From positions 1-55,840 of the forward strand of contig JAOUEV010000016.1 in NCBI GenBank assembly GCA_029858565.1: 55,840 nucleotides of DNA, read 5' to 3'. Within the stretch, counting starts at the first letter, position 1. The number at the start of each line of letters is the position of its first letter. A program made the position numbers and the translations under genes. The notes below the pieces were generated by a model, which had not been told where the DNA came from, did not search any database, and saw only the letters and a list, made by a program, of their open reading frames with translations. This document shows, piece after piece, positions 46,163 through 54,444 of the stretch. The stretch is from Nitrospirota bacterium (lineage in GTDB: Bacteria; Nitrospirota; UBA9217).

Positions 46163-46412
46163 TCTCGCGCAGAGCCGCAGAGCTCGCAGAGAATGACGTA
46201 CATTCAACACCAACTGTGTTGTCATTCCCGCGAAGCCGGGTATGACGGCAAATCGCCCATGCGTGCTGCCTTCGTGGCTTCGTGACTTCGTGTGAGTAAG
46301 AGCTTTTGCTCTTAGGCTCACCCCCTGGTCCGGATCTGCCTCTCGCTGTGCTTGTGTAGCAACTTGGTTGCTTGCGTCATTTTCCCTTTGCATCTTCACG
46401 ACTTTGCGCGCC
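46163..46412. repeat. Nested repeat cluster: 9-mer arms around a CGTC hairpin (46221-46246) and a CACGAAG arm (46270-46296)
   Basis: TCTCGCGCAGAGCCGCAGAGCTCGCAGAG at 46163; opposite arm CTTTGCATCTTCACGACTTTGCGCG lies inside the leuA 3' end. Confidence 0.7.
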
Positions 46413-48104
46413 AAAAACGTCTCTTTTTCCGGTTTCATCCAGCATCCGGTTCACTGCCGAAAGCACTGCCTTGAATGACGCCCGGTCGATGCTCGTATCT
46501 ACTCCCGCGCCGAACACCCGTTTGCCGTCCGCAATAATGCCGATGTACGCGACGGCGTGGGAATCGGATCCCTGCTCCAGCGCGTGCTCGCTGTAGGTCT
46601 CGATCCGGAAGTCCATGCCGGACTCCTCCCGGAGCGCCGTGCTGAAAGCATCCAGCGGTCCGTTGCCTTGGCCGGAGATGGACCGCTCCTCACCGTTTAC
46701 GCTGATCGCCGCATCGATCGTCGTGGTCCCTTCCGCTTCCCCTGCCCGGTCCGTTATGCTGCAGCGGACGAGCGAAAAGGGCGATTCACTGCGCAAGTAC
46801 TCCCTATCGAAAGTCTCCATGATCTTCTCCGGCGTAACTTCGCCGCCGCTTTTTTCCGCCACTCCCTGGACCATGCGTCCGAACTCGGGATGCATAGCCT
46901 TGGGCAGGGAAAAGCCGAAGTCCTTCTCCATCACATAAGCAGCCCCGCCCTTGCCTGACTGGCTGTTTATCCTGATCACGCCCTCGAAGGTGCGGCCCAC
47001 GTCGGACGGATCGATCGGAAGATAGGGCACTTCCCAGAGATCCGACCGCTCTGCCGCGCGCGCCTTGAGCCCTTTATTGATCGCATCCTGGTGGGAGCCA
47101 GAGAACGCGGTATAGACAAGCTCGCCTGCGTAAGGATGGCGGCTGTGCACGGGCATCCTGGTGCAGCGTTCGTAGACCTCGATGATCCGGTCCATGTCAT
47201 GGAACCGGAGGTTCGGATCGATGCCCTGTGAATGGAGGTTCATGGCAACCGTGACGATGTCCACGTTCCCGGTCCGCTCCCCGTTCCCGAAGAGCGTCCC
47301 TTCCACACGGTCCGCGCCTGCCAACAAGGCGAGCTCGGTAGCGGCCACGGCCGTGCCGCGGTCGTTGTGGCTATGCACGCTGATGATCCTGTTCTGGCGA
47401 TCGTTCACGTTCCGGCAGAACCATTCGATCTGGTCTGCATAAACGTTCGGCGTCGACATCTCCACGGTGGCAGGCAGGTTCAGTATGATCCTGTTCTTCG
47501 AGACCGGCGCCCAGACTTCGCAGACCGCCTCGCAGATCTCGAGGCTGTAGTCCAACTCCGTGCCGGTAAAGCTCTCGGGCGTGTATTCGTACGTGACGTC
47601 CGTGCCTTTGAGCTTCGCAGCTTCAGAGGCGATCCGCCCGGCTCCTTCCACCGCGATCCGCATGATCTCCTGCTGGTCCATGCGGAACACCACCCTGCGC
47701 TGGAGTTCGGACGTGGAATTGTACATATGGACCACCGCGCGTCTCGCTCCCCGGAGCGATTCGATCGTCCTGTCGATCAAGTGTTCCCGCGCCTGGGTCA
47801 GCACCTGGATCGTCACGTCCGAAGGGATGAGGTCCTGCTCGATCAACGTGCGGACGAAGTCGTACTCCACCTGCGAAGCCGAAGGAAATCCCACCTCGAT
47901 CTCCTTGAATCCCATGGTCACGAGCAAATTGAACATCTCGAGCTTCTCGCTGACGCTCATGGGGATAGCGAGCGCCTGGTTCCCGTCCCGGAGGTCCACG
48001 CTGCACCAGGCCGGTGCCTTGGTGATGGTCCTGGACGGCCAGGTACGGTCCGGAAGATCGATGGAGGTATATGGTCTGTATTTATGATAGGGCATGGTAT
48101 TCAT
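46377..48104 (-). CDS. leuA: 2-isopropylmalate synthase (yeast/actinobacterial type)
   Basis: WCSVDLRDGNQAL, EVGFPSAS, NLPATVEMSTPN, HSHNDRG, SGSHQDAI, GNGPLDA. Confidence 0.96.
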   Translation of the reverse strand: MNTMPYHKYRPYTSIDLPDRTWPSRTITKAPAWCSVDLRDGNQALAIPMSVSEKLEMFNLLVTMGFKEIEVGFPSASQVEYDFVRTLIEQDLIPSDVTIQVLTQAREHLIDRTIESLRGARRAVVHMYNSTSELQRRVVFRMDQQEIMRIAVEGAGRIASEAAKLKGTDVTYEYTPESFTGTELDYSLEICEAVCEVWAPVSKNRIILNLPATVEMSTPNVYADQIEWFCRNVNDRQNRIISVHSHNDRGTAVAATELALLAGADRVEGTLFGNGERTGNVDIVTVAMNLHSQGIDPNLRFHDMDRIIEVYERCTRMPVHSRHPYAGELVYTAFSGSHQDAINKGLKARAAERSDLWEVPYLPIDPSDVGRTFEGVIRINSQSGKGGAAYVMEKDFGFSLPKAMHPEFGRMVQGVAEKSGGEVTPEKIMETFDREYLRSESPFSLVRCSITDRAGEAEGTTTIDAAISVNGEERSISGQGNGPLDAFSTALREESGMDFRIETYSEHALEQGSDSHAVAYIGIIADGKRVFGAGVDTSIDRASFKAVLSAVNRMLDETGKRDVFGAQSREDAKGK

Positions 48105-48159
48105 TGTTTTTCTCCTATTCCGGGCTTGCCGGAACTGATAAATTAAAAAGACACTGCGA

Positions 48160-48304
48160 TCTCGCGCAAAGCCGCAAAGGCGCTAAGAAGACCTGTTATT
48201 AAGCAATCGCCGCTAAAGAAGTTAAATTCTTCGATCCATGATGATCTCTAAGTTAATTTCAATAGCATTGGCCTTTCTTTGCGACTTGGCGGCTTTGCGC
48301 GAGA
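48160..48304. repeat. Inverted 9-mer-periodic element
   Basis: TCTCGCGCAAAGCCGCAAAGGCGCTAAG ... CTTTGCGACTTGGCGGCTTTGCGCGAGA. Confidence 0.9.
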
Positions 48305-48308
48305 CGGA

Positions 48309-49081
48309 CTAGCCTTTTTTCCCAAAAGCAAACAGCCTGGTGAAACGGAACTCTATCCCCTTCTCAGTCCGGTTCTTCTCAAATCCCTCTCCAAAAGCTT
48401 CTATGAAGCAGGGATGGGCGATTTCAGGCAATGACGCGAGATAAGGACGCAAACCCGCTGACGTCCACCAGGCAAGGACATCAGCCCTGTCATTGAACAC
48501 AAGATCATATACCCTGGTAACCACGTCCACTGCCCCGAAGCCGGCATCTGTCAGATAGCCGCATATTCCTCCTGATCAGGGAAATGCCAGGGCGATCGCC
48601 AGCCTTCAAAGAATCGTTCGTACCCCAGTTCCGATATGGCCGTTTCAACGGATGCGCTGAACTCCCTGCAGAAGTTCTTTGCAGGGAACTGAAATGCGAT
48701 CCTGCCGCCCTTTTTGAGCGCCTGATAAGAGGCCATGGCTGCTTTCGGCTGGTCCTGGACCCAGTGCATCGCTGAATTGGAGAACACCAGCTCGAACTGT
48801 TCTGCATATCCGATGTCTTCGGCAGCAGCACGAACCAGGCTCACGTTGCCGTCATCCGACGAGATGATCCGCGCTTTTTTCAGCATCTCCTCTGACGGAT
48901 CAAGGCCCGTGACCCTGCCTTTTGTCGCGAGACGCGCCAGTTCGATCGTCAGCTTGCCCGTGCCGCAGCCCAGGTCCAGGATATGATCGTCCTCCCGCAC
49001 CTGCGCAAGGCTGATAAGCTCCCTGCCCGCGTCGATCTGCGGCGCTTTCACGGCGTCGTACTGCTGCGCGTCCCACTTCAT
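48309..49081 (-). pseudogene. Trans-aconitate methyltransferase-like (Tam) gene with a 1-nt frameshift near 48553
   Basis: MKWDAQQY, LDLGCGTG, FSNSAMHWV; ...EEYAAI then TDAGFGAVDVVTR...LRPYL...RFTRLF in the adjacent frame. Confidence 0.8.
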
Positions 49082-49108
49082 GCCGCACCTCCTGACAGGA
49101 TGAACAAC

Positions 49109-49146
49109 AAAAAAGGCCGCGGAAATTGTTGATTTCCGCGGCCTTT
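49109..49146 (-). terminator. Attenuator terminator (3:4 hairpin)
   Basis: AAAGGCCGCGGAAAT-CAACA-ATTTCCGCGGCCTTTTTTGTT, ~30 bp upstream of the tam-like start. Confidence 0.9.
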
Positions 49147-49179
49147 GAGATGAAATGCGTCTGTTGTTTCAGAAAAAAG

Positions 49180-49266
49180 CTAAGACGATCCCCCTTCAGC
49201 CACGGCTATGGTCAGCCATGCTGCGATCTGCAGTCGACGGGTCTGAAGGGCTTTAACGTGCATCAT
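49180..49266 (-). CDS. Leader peptide MMHVKALQTRRLQIAAWLTIAVAEGGSS
   Basis: 28-codon ORF starting at the predicted TSS and overlapping 1:2 and 2:3 pairing segments upstream of the terminator. Confidence 0.72.
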   Translation of the reverse strand: MMHVKALQTRRLQIAAWLTIAVAEGGSS

Positions 49267-49272
49267 GTATGG

Positions 49273-49301
49273 AATATAGACAAAGTCATTGAGCATGTCA
49301 A
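49273..49301 (-). promoter_or_regulatory. Sigma70 promoter of the leader-tam-leuA operon
   Basis: TTGACA-N17-TATATT, 6 nt before the leader ATG. Confidence 0.85.
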
Positions 49302-49459
49302 GAGCTTTGTGTCCCAATTAATGATTTTTCTCCGCTCAATGCCGCTGAAACAGGCAGGAGAAGGTCCTTTTTCAACCACATAATGCACAGAAGGCTGCGA
49401 GGGAACATATCTGCGTTCTTGTGCTTTTTGTGGCTAAACCTTGATTATCTGGAGCCTGA

Positions 49460-49758
49460 TCAGAACTCGATCACCGGGATCTCCCGTTCCTTCATGTTCT
49501 GTTCGATCGTCCAGAAATGCGCCTTACCGTGGGACAGGCGCAGCAGTTTGAAGCCGGGATCGTTTGCCCGGTCCTTGAAGGGCTTAAGGTAGTCCCGTTC
49601 ATTCACGAGCTGCTGTTTCTTCGCGTGGTGAAACAGATATTCCCGTCGCCAAACAGGACCGCAAGGAATCCCCGCACCCCCGGCTGGTCCCCATCCATTG
49701 TTGCGATGAAGCGCTCGGGATTCTCCCGCACGAAAGACAGCATTTCTTCCTTTGACAT
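49460..49758 (-). pseudogene. Pyridoxamine 5'-phosphate oxidase-family pseudogene (frameshift, probable internal deletion)
   Basis: AGGAGG RBS; MSKEEMLSFVRENP..FIATMDGDQPGVRG..ICFTT, then another frame KKQQLVNERDYLK...LSHGKAHFWT...IEF*. Confidence 0.7.
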
Positions 49759-49876
49759 AGGTCCCTCCTGTCCTTTTTTCGCCCTATCATGGAGCAGGGA
49801 CAGGAGGAACTGCTTTCAAGATGCGATCATTGCTTTTCGAGATCCGACCATCCGGAGAGGGAATGACCAGGCGTAT

Positions 49877-50374
49877 TTACGGTTTCTTCATGAACTTTGC
49901 TATCATGCCGATGGTCCAGACCGCGGTGAATAAGAGGTAAACAACGAGACTTGTCAGGGGATGCTCCAACGCGGCGGCCTTGCCTATGTTCACCCTGAAG
50001 GTTTGATGAAAACCATCCATCAGCATCAGGAGCGTCGCCGATCCGAACCACAGGAACCAGCGGGACAGGAAATCGAACGTCCGCTGCCTGCGTTCCGGCG
50101 ACAGCCAATAGTCCCTGTTCGGCAGACTGATCAATTTATCGGGCACCCGGGAGAGCAGATATCCGGCCAGCGAAAACAGGACAGCGTTAACAGCCGCAAT
50201 GGTGAGATAGGCCTCCAGGAAAGACGCTTTGCCCGTCCAGCCGTCCGGCTGCCCCGTGGCCCCGAAGTGGGACGCGACCCTTTCCGGAAGAAGAGGATAA
50301 TAGTAGGCGGCGTGCGCTAAACAGAGCACGACAAGAGCGATAAATACGAGGTGCGTTATTTTCCGCATAGGCAT
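49877..50374 (-). CDS. DUF1648 membrane protein
   Basis: YPLLPERVASHFGATGQPDGW, 4 TM segments. Confidence 0.85.
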   Translation of the reverse strand: MPMRKITHLVFIALVVLCLAHAAYYYPLLPERVASHFGATGQPDGWTGKASFLEAYLTIAAVNAVLFSLAGYLLSRVPDKLISLPNRDYWLSPERRQRTFDFLSRWFLWFGSATLLMLMDGFHQTFRVNIGKAAALEHPLTSLVVYLLFTAVWTIGMIAKFMKKP

Positions 50375-50389
50375 GGTGTGCGTGGTTCA

Positions 50390-50456
50390 TTAACAGGTTG
50401 ATGAAAAAGGCACTTCGAACTGTCATTGCGAGGAGCGAAGGCGACGAAGCAATCTC
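50390..50456. mobile_element. Partial copy of the TIR-MITE plus a CGTC-type palindrome
   Basis: TTAACAGGTTGATGAAAAAG, then GTCATTGCGAGGAGCGAAGGCGACGAAGCAATCTC. Confidence 0.7.
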
Positions 50457-50697
50457 GTATTTGTTTGAATTTCTTACCTGCGGGCTTTCCGCTTATTCCT
50501 CGCCCCATATGGCATTAAATTCTTCGCGACAAATGTACCTGCCTCTCACCACTCCCCTACGGATCCATTATCCTGATTTCGATTTCCCGACCGCACCCAT
50601 TAGCTCCCTTCCGACGGCAACCTCCTCTTGTCTCTTGACTTTACCCCGGCGATGTGTAAAATCACTACATTGGTCTCTGCGGGAAAGGCTGATATAT

Positions 50698-51147
50698 ATG
50701 AAGACATTCGTCCGTTCCACCGTGGTATTGTTCTTCGCCGGCGTTAGCCTCGCTGCGGCTTTCGCGATCGCCGCGCCAAATGCGGCAAAACAGGCCCTTA
50801 TGGGATCCTGGAATCTGACAGAACGGTCCATTGATGCCCAAGGCCAGCCCTGCCCCTTTGTGCCCGAGAACATCGAGTTCTTCGGCGATCAAACCCTGAC
50901 TATGTCGAATATGCCGGGCAACCGGCTGCAGTTCAAGACCAACGTTACCGCTGACGAGCGGACAGCCATCGAGGCGAGGATGCCGGGGCTCAAGAGCAAG
51001 TCCCTTCTGCTGATCAGGCCCATGCCCCAGATGGAATGGAAGAACACTCCCATCGCCTACGGGTACTCGCTCTCAAAAAAGAAGGACATTCTCACGCTCC
51101 TCGTTCCCGGGTGGTCCCCGGCGAAGTTCCAGCGGGTAAAAAAATAG
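50698..51147 (+). CDS. Secreted hypothetical protein (lipocalin-like)
   Basis: Signal peptide, LMGSWNL motif, GAAAGG RBS. Confidence 0.7.
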   Translation: MKTFVRSTVVLFFAGVSLAAAFAIAAPNAAKQALMGSWNLTERSIDAQGQPCPFVPENIEFFGDQTLTMSNMPGNRLQFKTNVTADERTAIEARMPGLKSKSLLLIRPMPQMEWKNTPIAYGYSLSKKKDILTLLVPGWSPAKFQRVKK

Positions 51148-51177
51148 ACGGGGGACGGAAACCTGCGAAGCTGACCA

Positions 51178-51852
51178 ATGCCATCACTGTTAGAAAGATT
51201 GTTCGGGAAGAGGTCCAGGATACAGCTGGATCACGACAGGATCTGGAAGACCCAGACCCTGAAGCTGAACGGCATCATGGCCCACGCGGCATGGCTCGAC
51301 CGGCATGCCACGCGTGTTCTGATGGTCACGCATTTCATCGACACGTTCCGCACCCTTGAAGCCCTCTTCCACTCCCGCGCTCTTCCCTATACACCCATGA
51401 TGACCGGCAGCAGCGCCGTCCAGCTGCGCGACCTGCAGAATTACCGGCCCGGTCATGTGCTGCTGGCCCTTTCCGATGCTCTTCCCGATATTCCGAAGGA
51501 CCAGGCGAAGCGCGTTGCCGAATGCGGGTTCGACATCTGCATTCTTGTGGCGGAACACCATCCGGTACCTGCCGGGGAAAAAGTGATCGATGAGTTCGGC
51601 GAGAAACTTCCCTGCACCGTCCGCTTGTGCTATCACGAGGCTTTGGACGCAGCGCTGCTAAAGCAGTTCAGCGGCGACCTGATCGGCAATGCCTTGTCCT
51701 TACTGAAAGTTCCGGACACTGAGGCCATCACCCACGCCAGCATCGACCGCGCCATCCGCCAGGCGCAAAAAAAGATCTCCCGGCGTACGAAGACCAATCA
51801 CGCCGCCGATTCCGCGGACCAGTGGTTCAGAAACAACATGCCGCGGGATTGA
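51178..51852 (+). CDS. Stand-alone degenerate SecA NBD2-like protein
   Basis: DRIWKTQTLKL...VLMVT...AEHHP...ALDAALLKQF...EAITHASIDRAIRQAQKKI recalls SecA DLVY...VLVGT...TERHE...[19 protein letters not shown]. Confidence 0.65.
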   Translation: MPSLLERLFGKRSRIQLDHDRIWKTQTLKLNGIMAHAAWLDRHATRVLMVTHFIDTFRTLEALFHSRALPYTPMMTGSSAVQLRDLQNYRPGHVLLALSDALPDIPKDQAKRVAECGFDICILVAEHHPVPAGEKVIDEFGEKLPCTVRLCYHEALDAALLKQFSGDLIGNALSLLKVPDTEAITHASIDRAIRQAQKKISRRTKTNHAADSADQWFRNNMPRD

Positions 51853-51855
51853 GAA

Positions 51856-51950
51856 GAAGCGATAAGCGATAAGCTATAAGTTGTAAGCTTTAAGCAAGCT
51901 TACTACTTACTGCTTTACTGCTTACCACTTACCGCTTATTACTTACCACT
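51856..51950. repeat. Inverted heptamer arrays (TAAGCGA-type / TTACTGC-TTACCAC-type)
   Basis: 7-nt periodic runs facing each other between convergent genes. Confidence 0.8.
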
Positions 51951-53182
51951 TACTTCGTCACCACCACGATCCCCGAATCGGTCACCAGGCATCCCCGCTC
52001 CCGGTCCTCCTCAAGGTCATAGCCGATCTCCATGCCTTCGGGGATGCAGATGCCCTCGTCGATGATGGCTTTCTTGATCTTCGCGTGCCTTCCGATCTCC
52101 ACATTCTCGAAGAGGATCGAATCCTCGACCCGGGCATAGCTGTTCACGCGGCACGATGGCCCCAGGATGGAACGGCGAACGACGCTGCCGCTCGTGACGC
52201 AGCCGCCGCAGACCAGGGAATCGAGGTTCTGGCCGCGCCGTCCTTCGTCGTCAAAGACAGTCTTCGCAGGCGGCAGGTTGCCCTGGTTGGTCAAGATGGG
52301 CCACTGGTAATTGTAGAGATTCAGTTGGGGCGTGACGCTGATAAGGTCCATGTTCGCTTCGTAGTAAGTATCGAGGGTCCCCACGTCGCGCCAGTACCCC
52401 CGCTCATGAGGTTCCATGCCCGGAATGGAATTGTCGTAGAAACTGTAAGCATAGACCTTGTCCTTTGCCTCCAGCATCAGAGGAATGATGTGCTTGCCGA
52501 AATCCAGGTCCTCGAACTTCTTTTTGCCCTTGTGCAGCAGGTCTATCAGTTTGTCCCGGGAGAAGATGTAGTTCCCCATGGATGCAAAGCAGGTCTTCCT
52601 GCCCGGAATATTGCAGGGTTCGCTGGGCTTTTCCACAAAGGCCTTCACCCGGAAGTCGTCATCCACCTTCATGATGCCGAAGCGCTTTGCCTCCTCGGGC
52701 GACACCTCGAGCACGGCGATGGTAAGGTCCGCCTTGTTCATGCGATGGTACTGGAACATCTGGGACACGTCCATCTTGTAGACGTGGTCCCCTCCGAAAA
52801 TGGCGATCTGCTCCGCATCCGAAGCTTCGATGAACCGGATCGTCTGGTAGATGGCGTCGGCGGTGCCCCGGAACCACTGTTCGCTCATGCTGCTCGTTTC
52901 CGGAGAAATAGTGTCGTAGAACTCGCCGAGGCCGGTCCACTTGCCCCAGGACTCCTTGATGTGCTTGTTCAGGGAATAGGCCTGGTACTGGGTCAGGATG
53001 TAGGCCCGCCGAATCCCGGAGTTGAAGAGGTTGGAAAGAACGAAGTCGATGATCTTGTATTTGCCGCCAAAAGGGACCGACGGTTTGGACCGCCTGATCG
53101 TGATGGGGCTCAACCGCTCGCCCTTCCCCCCGGCCAGCACCATGGCCAGGGTGTTCTTGGTGATATTGCCTGATGAGTACAT
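51950..53182 (-). CDS. glgC: Glucose-1-phosphate adenylyltransferase
   Basis: VLAGGKGERL, SKPSVPFGG, GTADA, GDHVYKMD, FVEKP, ASMGNY, YWRDVGT. Confidence 0.97.
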   Translation of the reverse strand: MYSSGNITKNTLAMVLAGGKGERLSPITIRRSKPSVPFGGKYKIIDFVLSNLFNSGIRRAYILTQYQAYSLNKHIKESWGKWTGLGEFYDTISPETSSMSEQWFRGTADAIYQTIRFIEASDAEQIAIFGGDHVYKMDVSQMFQYHRMNKADLTIAVLEVSPEEAKRFGIMKVDDDFRVKAFVEKPSEPCNIPGRKTCFASMGNYIFSRDKLIDLLHKGKKKFEDLDFGKHIIPLMLEAKDKVYAYSFYDNSIPGMEPHERGYWRDVGTLDTYYEANMDLISVTPQLNLYNYQWPILTNQGNLPPAKTVFDDEGRRGQNLDSLVCGGCVTSGSVVRRSILGPSCRVNSYARVEDSILFENVEIGRHAKIKKAIIDEGICIPEGMEIGYDLEEDRERGCLVTDSGIVVVTK

Positions 53183-53280
53183 GTTGGCCCCCCGTTCCCC
53201 GCGTTATCCTGCTGTCAAATAACTAGCATAAAATCAGCTCAATGTCAAAAATCAGCGGGACAGGAGCGGGACGAATCCTT

Positions 53281-53309
53281 TTGACACCCGGGCACAATGG
53301 CTTTATAAT
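53281..53309 (+). promoter_or_regulatory. Consensus sigma70 promoter of gpsA
   Basis: TTGACA-N17-TATAAT, 8 nt before ATG 53318. Confidence 0.9.
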
Positions 53310-53317
53310 CGATGTCT

Positions 53318-54319
53318 ATGACTGATTCTGTTGCTGTGATCGGCGCCGGAGCATGGGGTACGGCCCTGGCGCTCGTGCTCGCGGACAAGGGTGTTCCCAC
53401 GGCCCTCTGGATGTACGAAAAGGACCTGGCCGAGGAGACCGGCCGGACCCGCGAGAACCGCGTGTATCTGCCCGGGTTCCCGCTTCCGGCCTCAATTTCC
53501 GTGACGTCATCGCTGGAAGAGGCTGTCAAGGGCCGTCCTTTTGTGCTTTCCGTAGTGCCATCCCATACGGTCCGGCCGGTCTCAAAGCAGTTCGCGCCCT
53601 TTCTGGCTCCGGGCGCGATCATCATCAATGCTTCCAAGGGCATTGAGATAGAAACGCTCAGTCCCCTGGCCGAGGTGTTCAAGGACACCCTTCCAGAGGA
53701 ATATCATGACCGGCTCTGTTTTCTCTCCGGACCGAGCTTTGCCAAGGAAGTGGCGAAGAAAATGCCGACCACCGTGGCACTGGCCTGCGCGGACCCGGCA
53801 ACAGGAAAACGGGCACAGCAGCTCATGAGCGCTCCCTATTTCCGCGTGTACACCAACAATGACGTGATCGGCGTGGAACTGGGCGGATCGATCAAGAACG
53901 TGATCGCCATCGCGGCCGGCGTGCTCGAAGGCCTGGGCTTCGGCCACAACACCATGGCAGGGCTGATCACCCGGGGACTGGCGGAGATGTCCCGCCTGGG
54001 CGTTGCCATGGGAGCGGACCACCGTACCTTCGCCGGCCTCGCGGGAATGGGCGATCTGGTGCTCACCTGCACGGGAGACCTTTCCCGGAACCGCACGCTC
54101 GGTGTGCGGCTCGGCAAGGGCGAAAAGTTCGATGATATCATGAAAGGCCTGAAGACCGTTGCCGAGGGTGTGAAGACCGCCAAAGCTGCCCGGGAACTCG
54201 CGAGAAAGCAAGGCGTGGACATGCCGGTCGTCGAAGAGGTCTACCGCATCATCTATGAAGGCAAGGACCCCCGGCTCGCGCTCAAGGACCTGATGAGCAG
54301 GGAGCTGAAGAACGAATGA
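53318..54319 (+). CDS. gpsA: NAD(P)H-dependent glycerol-3-phosphate dehydrogenase
   Basis: IGAGAWGTALA, SKGIE, LSGPSFA, KNVIAIAAG, GDLVLTC, SRN. Confidence 0.97.
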   Translation: MTDSVAVIGAGAWGTALALVLADKGVPTALWMYEKDLAEETGRTRENRVYLPGFPLPASISVTSSLEEAVKGRPFVLSVVPSHTVRPVSKQFAPFLAPGAIIINASKGIEIETLSPLAEVFKDTLPEEYHDRLCFLSGPSFAKEVAKKMPTTVALACADPATGKRAQQLMSAPYFRVYTNNDVIGVELGGSIKNVIAIAAGVLEGLGFGHNTMAGLITRGLAEMSRLGVAMGADHRTFAGLAGMGDLVLTCTGDLSRNRTLGVRLGKGEKFDDIMKGLKTVAEGVKTAKAARELARKQGVDMPVVEEVYRIIYEGKDPRLALKDLMSRELKNE

Positions 54320-54444
54320 TCCGAATGCGGAATGAAAGGACCTGTAGCAGGTAGCCGGTAGCAAGTAGCCAGGAAAGACGAATGCTCGTTCTCGCGATGC
54401 ATTGCTCATGACTTCGTGTCTTCGTGGTAACTAGAGGTTTTATC

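Noticed and set aside
49109-49270. T-box or riboswitch in the tam-leuA leader
   Set aside because: No T-box UGGNACC bulge or known aptamer seen; the leader-peptide attenuator explains the structure.
28316-53173. Long antisense ORFs (e.g. 28316-29377, 39358-40593, 47232-48146, 52085-53173)
   Set aside because: Shadows of well-supported GC-rich genes on the opposite strand; no motifs.
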